Assembly (NCBI RefSeq): GCF_964355755.1
Contig: NC_092677.1
Location: 26,523,175-26,587,174, forward strand
DNA from: Antedon mediterranea
Lineage: Eukaryota; Animalia; Echinodermata
Direction of reading: 5' to 3'
DNA length: 64,000 bases
The notes beneath the pieces were generated by a model. The model saw nothing but the letters and a program-made list of their open reading frames with translations. It had not been told where the DNA came from and did not search any database. The translations under genes were made by a program, and so were the position numbers. Positions 12,798-27,079 of the stretch are shown here, one piece after another; position 1 is the stretch's first letter, and every line of letters starts with the position of its first letter.

Positions 12798-15700
12798 TTA
12801 TGGATATATGCTTATATCTGTGGAATTGTACATCGGAGAAAACGTGGTTGGAAGCACTGCTGACTCCGCCCATTCCGGGAAATTATGAACATCGAAGATC
12901 AACGCTCCTAACGTGTTGATACTGATGTTAGTGACTAAAACACATATTAGGTTTAACACAGCTCCAGATTTAACCTGTAAATGAAAATAGAAAATGTTAT
13001 TGACCATAAGCTAAAATATGGTTCCTCTGACGCCGCAGCGCATGGACGTGAGCGACAGATCACAACTGTCGTTTGTGGTCAACTCATTGCGTTGCGTCGA
13101 AATGGAGCCAACCTTTAGGGATATGCTATAGCTGGCCTATCACCTACGGAACATAGTTTTTTTTTTAATGATCACATCGTATAATCGAACTATTATAATC
13201 ATTACAGTTAAGTACTTACTTAGTCCGGGACATATCCGAACTTATATGACTAAGGTACTAAGTTAAGTACTAAACTAACTTAATACTTACCATGTCCTTA
13301 ACCCTTAACGCACCATACGAGTACACGATGGCATTTACCGGAGATGCTATCGGTAACATGAACGCATAGCAGCAAGCCATGGCCGATGGGATTATAATGT
13401 ATATCGGGTTCATTCTAATAGAAACTGCCTGAAATAGATAAAACTTTAATTTTACATTATGATATTAGGAAATATTTAACATTAAGTTCCAACCCTTGGG
13501 TATGTTTTTATTTTTAGTTAAGCTTGGTTCCCACTAAAACGTAACGCAAGGACGTAAACGCAACGCAAGCGAATTGACCAATCACAAGCGATGGCTTATT
13601 CGCTTGTGATTGCTAACCGTCTATAACTTTGCTTGTCATTGGTTAAAACGCTTGCGTTGCGTTTACGTCATTGCGTTACGTTCTAGTGGGAACCAAGCTT
13701 TAGCATGCTAGCGACGCAACGTAACACAATCTACGGAACGAAAAAAAATTCCCTTCCAATAATTATGTTTCCCCCGCCTGCGTGAAATCAAACATGTGAT
13801 GTTTTCAGCACTGATCATCAGATGCGTAGTCGGTTCCCACTTCACTTGTGATTGCGCAATACAACACTTTGCGTCAATACGTCGTAGTGTTGCGTGACGT
13901 TTTGTCACTAGTGGGAACCAAGATTAAGAAATCGTATTACCTACTACGTGATCGTACGGAAAGAAGATGGGATATGGTTGACTTGAGACTAGGGCGGTAA
14001 AAAACCAATAATAAAGCACATAAATAAAAATTTGGATAGGGAACTATAACTGAGTAACTCTTTGATTTCAGAAATAATATGCTAATACTATAATAACTTC
14101 CTTGGTTATATGAAATAATGTTTCTTACCAATTCGACCAAAAGAGGTAAAAATATGTTTGCGGCAGACATATTATTGATGAAATCCGTTATGACAGCAAT
14201 GGCGGCAGAACTACATAAAACAATGAGTATTTGATTGATACCTTGTAGTACTTTGAGTTGGTTTCCTATCCAAACAGACAAACCAGAAACCTAACGAACA
14301 GAAGAAATTATTTGTTTCCTAAAAATTCCACAGAAATTAAATTGAATTTACAATGTACTAATGTACTGTTAGTGGAATCTTGTTCCATGTTATATATTAT
14401 CTGCGATATCTAAGATTTATTTATAAAGATTGGTTCCCACTTGGTTGGACGCAACGCAGATGACGTGAGCGCGTCCCAAGTAATTTGACCATTCACGAAT
14501 CGATGCATCATCCGAATTATCCTTGTGATTGGTGCAACTCACTACGTAGTTGCATTGCATCCAAAGTGGGAATCAAGCTTCAGAAAGAAAGAAAATATTT
14601 ACATTTGTCGCTTCTGCCATTGAAAACCCAGCACCAATAAACATGAACAAACCCCAGGGCACCTTTCTCACCACAAAGTCCCATGACAATATCGGGTTCC
14701 ACGCTTTTGATCCACCTAATGATGATAAATACATAATACTTATAAGAGTCTCACATGAGCGCTTCATACATACACAGAGCTTCAATTCTTAGCGCTGCAC
14801 ATTATTACCCCGGTCTTTTTTAGGATCAAACAAGTATGGAAACATACTTCTAATGCGGCTAGTAATATTTGTATTTATGCATCACTACACCCATAGAGTG
14901 AAAAATTAGTACCTGATCCAAAAGATCCATTGTAACTTCCAGATTACTGGCAGTTAGTACTTGATTTGACAGTGGATATCGCCTACAGGCAGGAATAAGA
15001 GTTCTTATAATATCAAAGTCTTTACCTGACAAACACGGTAGCGTAGAGGGAAAGACAAAAAGACTGAACGTGATAATGAGAACTGGAGTTGTGTCGCTGA
15101 GGTAACTGTAAATAATGTAAATATTTATACCGTGAGTTATGTTTCAATTACAGTTGTAGGCCTTCGAGATTTAGCCTAGATCTAATAACTAAGTACCATA
15201 ATATTCTGGTAGAAATAACAGAGGCATAGACAATGGCGTTTTACTTACCCATCCGGAAATAATTGTCCCCAACCCCAACTTGCCGTACGAGTTAACCAAA
15301 ATACAATCATCACTACAAAGTGACCTGCAACGGCCATTTCAGAAAACCTTCATTGTCAGGAAAAAACACATAAATAATTAATTAGTTTTTTTTAAATTCT
15401 AAATAAGAATCTGCGCTTTTGACAAAATGGCTAATCATTTTCAGTCGATCATGATCAAAATCAATCTGTGTTCACACGCGCCATATTTAAGCGTGCATAG
15501 AAAAGCAGCGTTGTATTGATCCGAATCACATGCGTTACAATCGACAAAGTTTGATCAGTCAAACTCACCTCCGTGGCTTCAATCAAATATGTTTCAATGG
15601 AGGCAACTACGCGGTGTAACTTTTAACTTCAATATGTTTTAGAAACAAGCGATACAAATACTTTCCTACCGGAAGGACGGTCGAATGTAATTTGTTTGCG

Positions 15701-18700
15701 TTCAATTGCTTAACTAAGCCAATTGATTGAAATTGATGGTATACTCAGAAGAAAAAAAGAGCGTAGACATAAAGTATAAACATGGAGGAAATGTATAGAT
15801 ATTTCCTCCATGGTATAAGCTTCGATTGGATGTTGTTTACAATACAAGACAATAAATAATATTATATATATATTATATATAATATAATAATATCCGGACA
15901 CAACGCACAAAAAACTTCATTACTTTCCACGGAGTTTTCAATGATTGGTGAATGATCAGTAACTGAGTTATGATAAGCAAATTGTGAACCTCTATTGGTT
16001 TGTGTTACTGGATGTACTATGATGGCCATTGAAAGACTGATTTGTGGACTATGATATATTTTAGTATTACTTGTTTGGACTGTGTTATACTATGTGTTTA
16101 CATATTTACTATTATATTTATGTCAACTTCATCACTGCTTACTTGATGCAATAAAGGAAATAAATAATAAATATTAACGTATCGTATCATAGAAATAATC
16201 TTCAATAATTTGTATCTGGTTCGATATTTTAACTAACAGTAAAGCAATGTGAAAACAATTCTTAAGTTAAGATCAGTTTATACTAGTTAAGATCAGTTGA
16301 TCATTCATTGTGAACACGCTATTTTAAACACAAATTAAGTAATTTAAAACCAACTGTAGAATGTTGCTTTTACTTTATTGGTCCAAGTGCGGATCAGTTT
16401 AGACAAGTTAAAATCAGTTTATACTAGTTAAGATCAGTTTATACTAGTTAAGATCAGTTTAGACTAGTTAAGATCAGTTTACTTTATTGGTCTAAGTGCT
16501 TGATATTGTTTCCTAATGATTGCTTGTGTTGAACTAAAGTCGTCTTTCCAAACCACTTTACAGCAACTAAATATCCTTGGACAACATCTTTAAAAACAAA
16601 AGTTTAACACATTATTATTACAATATCATTTTCTTGACTGATAGCGCATGATGTTTGTTTTCAGAACGCGCCACGTGTCTAAAGCTCTGTCTACACTATC
16701 AAACTTTATGTGAAAAAAATGTGATATGCCCATACATTTTTCTTTTCAAACTAGTTTGATAGTGTAGACAGAGCTTTGAATGAGGGAACAATAGCTTAAC
16801 ATTTATCGAATTTTTCGAAACGAGTTGGTAGAGGTCTAATGTTGTGGGCATTGTATTCAGAAACATAAGCATGCGCAGAATAACTTTTATACTTTGAATC
16901 CGAAGCGAGTTGGTACAGGCTTAATGTTATGCGCATTGTACAATCAGAAACATATAAGCATGCGCAGAATAACTTTTAGACTCAATAGCTGTGTGGAAAC
17001 TTTAATATAAATCATAATCTTACTCGCATCCCACGTAATACATAGACAACCACATCCAGGAGATAAACAAACAGATAATCATTCCAGGCGTTGCAAACAA
17101 CATCCAAGTTCCGTAGTTTATACCATGTCCTGGACCACAGTAACTGAAAGAGAAATAACATGTTTGTTAAAGAATGCTTTATGAGTACTGTCGATTAAAA
17201 AAACCCAAATGGACATTTATTTTTACATCATGCTCAAACGATGTAAATAATAGCAGACAGAACTTGTTCCTTCTTTTTTCTTGGTATTCATATTTGTCCT
17301 CAAGCTTAACTGGAAACTGAAGAAATTCGGATTAGACCCACCACTGACCCAGAGCAGCCAGCAGTGCAGCGCCTACCAGATCAGCACACATCGGGAGGCC
17401 ATCCTTACTCTTTGCGAATAGTGTACCAAATTCTTTAAAGACCACTATGTGTGTGCTTATTCGATCATTCATCATTTTATAAGTACTGTACTAACAAATA
17501 CAAACGTTGAAAACAAACCTATCTATGAGATTAATTGCAATCACGTTGATCGCTGATCCAGTCAAAGTTCCAGTTCCGCCAATATTGGCAGAGTACGAAA
17601 TGCAAAGTAACAGTGCTTTTCGTAAGTTTTTAAGACCGTGGGAATTGTCACATAAATCCTTTTGCGAATGTGACAAACTGTAGAAAAAGAACAGAATTGT
17701 TGTTTATTTTCTAATTTATATTCTAAAATAAACCTAAAAGTAAATAATGTATATTTTAAGGAAAATATAAAAATTCTATATTGTAAAACAGTCCACTATT
17801 ACTTAAAACATACGGGTATCATGATTGAAAATGTTCATCTGGTTTGTGGTTTGTAAATATTGAAAATATTCTTTTTTCCAAACCAATAATTAGTAATGAC
17901 CCTGTCATTAAACAGAATAGGCCCTCTAGAGGACAGTCTGTTTGATGATAGATCGTCATTATTTCTGAAGAAGCTGTCCGATCAGGACACCGAAACTGTC
18001 AAGGTTAGTTTTTACTAATTATTGGTTTGGAAAAAAGAATATATTCAATATACGGGTATCAAACAGCATTATGATAATCGTTTTGTTTTGTTTATTTATT
18101 CGACCAGCATAAATTCAATACAATATAAATCAATCAAAATAACATTTATTTCTTTCATAAAGAAACATAAATTTAATTTCTTACAATATACAGAAACAAA
18201 TGAACAAGGCACTGTTTTCAAAAAGCAGAGCTTGTGCTGAAAGTAAGATAATACTCAAAGAATGAAATTTAAAAAAAATAATATTATATCAAAATTAAAA
18301 GAGAGATAGATCAAATTTTTTAAAAGATGAAAAATGACGAGAGTAATGATTGTGACAACAGAAAAGGAAATACCCACGTGTTATCGTGCTCATCTTTTTC
18401 CTTTTCCTGTGTTGAATTTAGCTCTATATCTTCTTTCTGAAAGATAAATAAAATATATTGTAACCCTATTGTATTGTATCAACATTGAAAATTGCTTATT
18501 AATATTATAACATTATTTCCAACATGTCAGTCGATTTCAATCATACATTCCAGTCAGTCAGCAACGAACAATCTGCTAAAGCTATCAAACTAGCATGGCA
18601 AAAATAGGTGTGATGTGGCCAAATATGGTAGTGATAATGTGCCCAAATATGGAAGTAATAATAATAATATCATCATGTTTACATCTGCACATTTGTGATG

Positions 18701-20482
18701 TTTTTATGTTTATTGTAATTTTGACTCTATAGTTCACTATGTCGGTCGGTCGGTCTGTCGGTCTGTCGGTCTGTCGGTCTGTCTGTCGGTCCGGTATCAC
18801 TATGCATTTTAGCACGCGACTTATGGCTGTTGGCCTTGTTAAGTTATGTGTCTATCTTATTCGTAATCTGTAATTTTTTTATTTATTTTTTTTAATGTGT
18901 TGAAAAACCAATAAAACAAACAAACAAACAATATATGGGCACATCGCATTTTTTTGTCACATAAAGTTTAATAATGTAGACAGAGCTTAATCAAAATCAC
19001 CGATCCGTTTTAAATGAAGGAGAGGAACATGGGATTCGGGAAGCAAATAAATATACACATTAAAACAGTGTGCGTACGAAAAGTATATAAAGAAAACATC
19101 CAGTACCCTCCCAGGATCTACTTTACTTACTAGAGCTACTTCCTCAAGTATTGCATGAGCTATCTGAACCATCATTGCAGTTGTTACTATGTTGCTCATC
19201 CACATTGATAAGACACAGGATGTCAGCATCATACCTAGGATCAGACTATGGCATAAAGAGTTGAAATAGTAAGGTTGGGTCAAATAAATGGGCATGGCAC
19301 TATTGCAAAATAGATACTTTTCTTCCTTGTACACGATTGTTCGCTTAGCTGTTATGTCAAGATCTTAATGCTTGGTTCTCACTAACGCAACACAAGAACG
19401 TCACGCAACGTAAAAGATTTGACCAATCGCAAGCGATGGATTATTCGCCCTGTCGCTTGTCTTTGGTCAACCGGCTTGCGTTGCGTTTACGTCATTGCGT
19501 TGCCTTGATCATCTTATACGAATTTATAGTAAATTTCGAAAGATGAACAGAATTACAAGCATAATCATTTACCATTCGTGTCTGGTGTTTTAAATCTGAC
19601 CTTTTTTCCCATTTCCATTTTTTATATTATTGCAACGTAGGTGCTTTAACCAATCACAAGCGATAGATTATTTGGACTCTTGCTTGTTATTGGTCAACTG
19701 CGTCCTTGCATGGCGTCACTAGTGGGAATCAAGCTTAATTAAGTAACAGTTCTACGTAAAAGTCATATTAAGAATAAATTATGTATTAATAGTGTAATTT
19801 GTGATGCTAAACCGTTTTATACTTACAATCTTGGCGATGTGCCAATCAGCATAAGTACGCGCAGAGCAATTCTCTTGTGTAGATTGGTCTTCTCAATGGC
19901 AGTAGCAATCATCAAATTACCTAGAACCAACATGGAGACATCTTTCATGTATTGACTGCCAACCTGCTTTGCCGTAAGGACACCGAACATTGGCAGCAGA
20001 AGTGCAGGAAGCAGACCAGTAACAGGCAAGGCCACGACTTCAGTCGCCCAGTACAGAGACACCACAAAGATGACGTAAGCCGTGTAAGCTTCCTACAAAC
20101 AAAAGCGGAAATTTTTCTTTCATGTGGGTGTTAATTTGAAACTTAGAAAGAAATGTTTTAGAGTTTTGTCCGAATTACTTTAAAAACTCTGTCGTATGTG
20201 AATGATCATCAAACATCACAGCAGCAGTAAACTTCAAGTGAACTTCTTTGATTGGGCGTCGATTGACGACGCACAACGGCATTCCGACTACGACACATTT
20301 GACTGCGGCGCTCTGTGTCAACTCAATGTGCCGCAGCGCATTTAATTGAATAGATGTAAATTTTAACAAATATTGAAAATTACCGATGTCCGAATAATAA
20401 TTGGAAGTGGTGAAAATAATAGAGGTATTGACAAAAGTATGAGGTATCGTCTGCCATTCCACATCCATCTTGTAAAACCCAT
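12798..20482 (-). CDS. SLC13/DASS family Na+-coupled di/tricarboxylate or sulfate transporter, about 13 coding exons (approx. 20384-20482, 19826-20092, 19130-19245, 18377-18438, 17519-17678, 17024-17144, 16483-16587, 15249-15347, 15026-15106, 14602-14715, 14129-14290, 13290-13428, 12798-12975)
   Basis: [68 protein letters not shown] and FPEWA are SLC13 hallmarks. The specific paralogue cannot be assigned, and some exon edges are approximate. Confidence 0.9.
13521..13699. mobile_element. PIF/Harbinger-like MITE family B, a near-palindromic element
   Basis: TIR AGCTTGGTTCCCACTA...TAGTGGGAACCAAGCT with TTA duplication. Related copies near 13010, 13705-13922, 14428-14600, 19369, 19650-19736, 22927-23063 and 30902-31080. 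Confidence 0.85.
18720..18840 (+). mobile_element. Helentron-associated (HINE/DINE-1-like) non-autonomous element remnant
   Basis: GACTCTATA..., a (GTCG/GTCT)n microsatellite, CACGCGACT and a GGCCTTGTT end, an architecture recalled for HINE-type elements. Confidence 0.5.
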
Positions 20483-20724
20483 GACGTAATTCTTTTTGAG
20501 GTAGGCAGTTTTCAGTGGGGCTTCACACAATGTGTTACAGTACTGCAAAATAAAACATTCGATAGAATACATTAAGTTCAGTAGAAAAGTGTTGTAATAG
20601 GTATTTGTATTCATACAAAGCAACAGTTTAGTTGACGACACATGACACATTTTATGAGTGTATTATTTACTATTGTGCTACCATATAAAACCACTTATGC
20701 ACTATCGCTGAGGCGCGCCCATAA

Positions 20725-20860
20725 ATGCATTTGTGTTTGTCTTTTCGCGTTTGTGTTTGTCTTTTCGCGTTTTTGTTTGTCTTTTCCGCGTTTCTGTTTG
20801 TCTTTTTGCGTTTCTGTTTGTCCTTTCCGATGAGTATTTGATTTTCCGCATTGTGTTTGT
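20725..20860. repeat. Short tandem repeat of about 21 bp (TTTGTGTTTGTCTTTTCGCGT-like)
   Basis: Five to six diverged direct copies are visible; they produce the spurious ORFs 20642..20833 and 20695..20916. Confidence 0.7.
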
Positions 20861-21059
20861 CTAGTCTGGTCCTCTATAACTGTCCCTACAACATGACAGA
20901 ACAAGAAATTAGACAAACGTCTGTTAATATATTGGGTATAGAATCATAATCAACCACTGGAGCGATATCTTGTTAGGCCTACATGTTAAATTCTTAAGCC
21001 TATATTTAACGCAAGTTTGGAAAGTATCCAAACACCGAGTAGTACCAAAAGATTAGTGA

Positions 21060-21540
21060 GATTTAATATGTGCCGAACGAGCAAAGACCTTAAGCATAGA
21101 TTAAGAGGTGGTGGTTTAATTGAGAAAATGAATGGAATTGAAATTGTTGAAAATTTTCCAAACCAAGTCTGAACAGTAAGAAGCACGGTCTCAACTTTAG
21201 GCCCTATTAGCCAGCACTAACAAAAGGGACTAAATTGCCATAAGAACTTCTCTCAGAAAGATAGCAACTGGAATACGGTGATGAACTCCTTTGAAGTTGT
21301 GAACCGTTGACTACAACAAATCACTTTAAACCAAGACTAGATAACTTGTGGACCAAATCGACCTATGAGTAATTCCCATGAAACCGTAAGAGAGTAGGAT
21401 TCAGACAATTATTATTGTTAGTTCAAAATTTACTCCTCTCTATATGGCCTAGTTATAGATCAAAGAGAATATACCTAGAGATTTTGAGAGGAGCAAAGAA
21501 AGCTACGGAAAATCTTCTCAGAGGTCCGATTATGCTTAGT
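21060..21540 (+). mobile_element. Degenerate CR1-like LINE 3' end
   Basis: Frameshifted remnants TLKHRLRGGGLIEKMNG ... NWN ... TTNHFKPRLDNLW resemble the CR1 ORF2 C-terminus. Confidence 0.55.
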
Positions 21541-24372
21541 TAATAATAATTATATCAAAATCGTCAAAGTTTCTTGATGACGTCAGTCTTGGTTCATCAA
21601 TTCTCCCCTCACAAAATAAATTGCGTGTATAATAGATACACAACAAAGGCACGCACGCGCACAAACCTTTATAATTTGCACTTTTATCATTAATATTTTG
21701 CTGATTTTTTTTTTCTGTTGCTGTTCGGCGCTTAGAGTCGCCGTCCAACATTTTGCGCTATTTAAATTGTATTTTACCATTATGATATAATCTAAACATT
21801 ATGAAATACGGTGGTTTTTATAGAACATAATTTCCAGTATTACATTATTATCTAATTAAAACTTACGGTCGTGGTTTGATTTTGATCAGATTGCGCATAC
21901 TAGTTATACCTCGGTGTTAGCTTGGTTGTCCGACAAACAAAAGAGAATTATGAATCGTCCCTAATCCTAGGCCTATAGGAGATTATTTTTATAAGCATTG
22001 AAGTGGATGGTGAGTATAGATGGTGTTTACGTCATATATACATTACAGCCAATCAGCCGGCCTACCGTTTGTTTATTTTTGGAACATTATGGTAATATGG
22101 AAGCTGTAAGAAACATTGAACTTTGATGGAAGGTGGTAAATAATATTTATTGAAACTTGATCGATAATTAGGCCTACTTGACACTTGATGCCAGATGTAG
22201 GGCTCTGAACTTTTTTTAATAGTTTCATCTCGATCATGGTGCCAAATATAGTAGTTTTGGGCTAACTTGATTATTTGGATTGAGTTGCTGAATTTAAAAA
22301 TGTATAAATGCTAAGTTTTTTTTACCACTCCTAGCTTAGTCGCCATTAAGTGTTGGATGTATGCCATTTTGTGATTTTCAATTAATTGAACTCAAACGTT
22401 AGGCCCAAAAAAAATCAAATCGAGCTGGAAACAACTTCTATGAAACAGATACAGATCTCTTGAGCAGCAACGATGAAGTGCCAACGCCTTAACCTCTACT
22501 GATTTCGCATTATATATTCCACAAACTTGTATTTCATGTTCAAACGTAAATATCTCGGATCCACTCGGGTTCTATTGAATCAGTACTGTAGACAATCTGA
22601 CAATCATGTTTCAAATTATATATAGACCTAGATGTAAATGTGCTATTTTAAGTTTTAAAACTTACCGTCTATAACTCCCGCTGGCCGCAGTGTAATGTCG
22701 ACTTCACCTATTTATCTAGCGTGGTATTTATTTTTTATATAAGATTATTATAAGTTTATCAATTTTTTGGAATAATCTTCCTAAAAGATACTAGCTGAGT
22801 ATTAATAGATTCCTTGCATACTTTCTCCGTTCATTGGCTTAAAATATCAAAACATTTTTTTTTAATTGTTGGCACACACACTGGAAACAGTAGTAACAAT
22901 TCTACTAAAGTTCTAGATGTATGTTAAGCTTGGTTCCCACTAGTGACGCAACGTAAGCAAATGCCCTTCCAATCATTGTGTTTGCCCACGCCAATTATTG
23001 GAAGGGCATTTTCTTACGTTGCGTAGATTGCGTTAGTTTGCGTCGCTAGTGGGAACCACGCTTTGAGATGCCTATTAGGCCTTTATAAGTAAAAGTAAAT
23101 AACCTTACCTTTCTAGTCCGATCGAAAATAATTTACAAATCACGGTAAGTAGCTGGCGTGACGTTTTATGTTGGCCTACTCGTTTAGTGAAATTTATATG
23201 CTGGTATTTTAAGTTCGATATACGAAAACGGAATCAATTCGCAATGGTACAAAGTTGATACTCGCACACGCGTCATCACTCGTACGTGCTTATTGCAGTT
23301 GTTTTTTATCTTTCATAATAATAACGCATTTTAGCGCATTAAATTAAAAAACAAAAATCAACAAAAGATCGCCTGAAACGTAAGACAAAGACAATCGAAC
23401 ACCTTGTAGGTTGTCTAATTCTTCATAACATGGTTATTCGACACATAAGAATGACAGGAAAAAGGTATAACACAAATTAAAAACTATAAAAATATCTTTA
23501 TTTGAAACTTAATACACAGTCTACACGTATAGTAAAAAATATAACAAAAATATACAAACATCAGAAAATCACGGCTCAACTCGGAATGCATGTACAGAAT
23601 AAGTATCATTATACACATTTGCACATTATAAGTGTAATAAGTATCAACCTACTAATGTACTTTACAATATATCTATTTATTATGGTATGCTAGTATATAT
23701 AAAACCTATAGAATTAAGACGCACTACCATTTGCGTAAATCAACTTCCACCATAAAAAAATGTTAACAAAATGTTGTATTTGCCAATAATTTGGAAAATG
23801 AAATCTGTGGGTAGATTATCATGACGTCAAATTTGTAAATCGGAAGTGTCGATTTTGAGTTTTATCACCGCCTATAAATTTATCAAATCAAACATTAATC
23901 AACAAAATGTATTATAAAACTTTATGTCAGTACGTGAGTAGGTTTGCACGTTGAATACAAGCATTAACCTCTGTCTACACTAGTTAGACAGAGCTTTAAG
24001 CATATGTGACTGGGCTGCTGTTTTGAGCAGATAATCAGCAGAACTAGCTAGCTCCTAAAACCTCTCACTATTAATATGCAAGGAGTAGTGGTAGTGGATC
24101 ACATGCAAATACATTTCTTTTTCCTTGGGTGGTTAAGACTTTTTCAACTATTCAAAATTATATTCTAAAGCCCTGTCTGCACTATCAAACTTTATATGTG
24201 ACAAAAAATGTGATGTGCCCATAATGGACATGATGTCATATCACTACCATATTTGGGCATATCACACTTTTTTTGTCAAACTAGTTTAATAGTGTAGACA
24301 GAACGTTGTTTAATTAAAATACACAAGTATTTGTGGGAAGGCTCAGATATACATATTGCCTCATTTATTTAC

Positions 24373-27079
24373 TTAGATATTATTTTTGTCACCATTGGTC
24401 ACGGCAGCTGCTCGTTCCCCTTTAGCCTGCGGTGGACGAGGTGGAGGGTTCATCGGTGGCTGCTGAGTCAAAGTCTTCTGTCGTGCGAGGGCGCTTGCAC
24501 TTTCTGGTTTCCATTCCTCGTTACCAATAGCTGCCACAAAATACATAACAGATCCAAAAAATAACGACACTCCACTCATTATAGTTGGTAAACAAAACAC
24601 AGTTGGCACAGACATTCTGAAATAATAAAAACATTTTTTCCATTTATAGTACTTATTTTTTGTTGTACATTTATGACCACATTTGAACAGCAGACCCTGA
24701 GGCTGAAGGCAAACTACCAAACTACACTGCCATCTTAAACCACTAAACTACTACGGTAGAAACACCATTGGAATTCCTCTATCAAGGGGACACTTTTCTC
24801 TCAAATAAATGAGGAGAAATATATATCTGAACACTATAGTCAACACTAATCAGTGGATATCCGTATTAAAGGTACACGTTGTTGGGTCACCTTAATAGGG
24901 ATTTACTTTTTTACTACTTTATTTCCTGGTAATTTGAAAAAAACATGATCAGATAGAGCATTGAACATAGAAACCCGAGATCGACAGGAAAGGCACTAAT
25001 CTACAGTGCCATTATCTTTAAGGTTTATGAATGAACTGTAATACTGTTATATATTGCTGAGTCAGGATGAATAACAATATAATAGTGACATTAAATAAAG
25101 GAGGATGTTAAACAATTTCCTGGTGAAAGACCTCTGAAAACAAAGCAATGTTATAACATATGCAGAGAATTTCCTTACAAAACACTGTTTAGTATACTGT
25201 AGTCTGGCTTCCAGACAAAGTTTTGACTTAATATTAGTAAAAAGATAAATATTTTGGCACAGTGGTGTTTCGTGCATATACTACTTGAGCTTGTAAACTG
25301 TATGTTCAGACAAAAATCGAAACATTGACTAGTGGACTAACATAAAAGAGAGAATAAATACAGACTTGGGGGTAATGTTAAAAAAGTATAATGGATTTTT
25401 AGAAACACAAACCAGCTAATTCATTAATTGAAATCCTAACATCCTTGTAAACTTATATAAAATCAGAGTTGTAATAATTGCAACATGTCAGTAAACCAAG
25501 GAATTGCTATACTACAGTAGTAGGCTAGTGTGTTATCATTATTGACATAATTTCATCAAACATCCACATACAGCACAACTCTTCTTAAAAAAATTTTTTC
25601 AATCTTCTATCAACTAAAAGTCGTAGTTAGTCATGTCTCGGTCACATTCTATGGTCACCGTACAGATAAGCTACTACATCAGTACTTTTATGAATGGATG
25701 ACTAGTTGGTGACAAGAACGCTAGTTGGTCATACCCAGTACCGTTTTGATTTTACGATCATTCGGGAAACCACCTCACGACGAAATGATTTAAATATTGT
25801 AAATGGAATTTTACTTACAGTAAATATAGAACAAATCGAATAAAATAATTTCTACCAAGAGGGCCTAAGAAATCAACAATTGGTGAGATTTTATCCTGGA
25901 ATCTGAAAAAAGAAAATATATTTTATTTATAATTTCTGATGATTTTCTATATATAAATAATACTTTAGTTAAAATCATCATTCATCCAACAACCATGCTT
26001 TTTAAAAATATTATTTGTACCACTTAATTTTAAAGAAATACTTTGTGCATCCATGTACCTTCTTGGAACTACTTTTCCATTTATTCTTGTTCCTCTTGGA
26101 TATTCCAATAGCGTCACAAATACACCAGCAGCTCTAACCAGATAAAATGTTAAGTAGAATACTTAAATCTATCTACTGTAGCACCTACTAGGGGTGAGAG
26201 TGAGTGGGTGGCCAAGCAGTGGAACCGTAATTACGTAGCCATAGCATCGGCAGGGGTTCGAGGCTCACTCACTCCATGGTTCTGGGATAAGGACTATAAA
26301 CCGTAGGTCCAGTGTACACAACTAGCCCGTGTGCACTTTAAAGAGACAAGTAGGGGGTTACCCCGGTGTACTGTATTAGTACATCACAGCCACTGATCAC
26401 CAAATGGGTCTGGGAGACCAGTCTTTGACTGAAGAGGTTACCCAGTATAAATATATATTTCAATCAATTCTACTTCCAAAATAAATTATCTTCAGAATGA
26501 ATAAAATTGAGGTGGAAAGAGACATCCGTTTGCTCATACAAATTGTGTTAAATTTTCAGTTTTTATTGAGTTTGTGTTTTTATTGAGTTTGTGGATGTGA
26601 TGAATTAGTTATAGATTTTAAACATTTATTAAGAGTCTTAAATATTTATATGCAAGTCATCAAATATATGGACATACAAATTAGACAAAGTGCATAAGAC
26701 ACAAACACACGGGCAATCTGAAAGGCAGAAATTTCAACAAAACAGTTCAGCTCAAGGAAAGATAAGAATCAATTTCTTTACAAAAACAAGTATTTTTCTC
26801 CAAACACAAAGGATACATGCTATAATATGCGAATTCCTTTCCAGAAAAATCAAATGCACCTACAATTCCACCCATCACCAAAACTGTAAAAAACCATATA
26901 AATTAAAATGTGTTTATTGCAAAATGATATACAAAAGAACATACAAATATAAAGGTATTCATTCTTTAAACAGCCAATTACCATTACCAGAGTCTAGGCC
27001 TACCATACTTACGGATTCCACTGACAAATGCGTGCTCATTGGCCCACATAGCCCACTCCCATTTCATCATTCCCCCCAT
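24373..27079 (-). CDS. CYBA: Cytochrome b-245 light chain (p22phox, NADPH oxidase subunit), 5 coding exons: 27013-27079, 26817-26883, 26059-26133, 25819-25902, 24373-24617
   Basis: Spliced MGGMMKWEWAMWANEHAFVSGILLVMGGIVG...IAAGVFVTLLEYPRG...LGPLGRNYFIRFVLYLLMSVPTVFCLPTI...EEWKP...QPPMNPPPRPP contains the EWAMWANE, LLEYPRG and proline-rich PPxNPPPRPP p22phox signatures. Confidence 0.95.
26134..26816 (-). other. U12-type (minor spliceosome) GT-AG intron in CYBA
   Basis: 5' splice site GTATCCTTT, branch-like TACTTAAC shortly upstream of the AG, weak polypyrimidine tract; splicing restores YYSI/AAGVF in frame. Confidence 0.85.
26190..26470 (+). mobile_element. tRNA-derived SINE inside the CYBA U12 intron
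   Basis: A-box-like TGGCCAAGCAGTGG, B-box-like GGTTCGAGGC, a central GATAAGGACTATAAACCG...GCACTTTAAAGA segment, and an AT-rich tail. Confidence 0.55.

Noticed and set aside
25819-25902. p22phox His94-equivalent replaced by Tyr (VLYLL)
   Set aside because: This histidine is not regarded as an essential heme ligand, since the hemes are bound by the NOX subunit. The change is not evidence of altered function.
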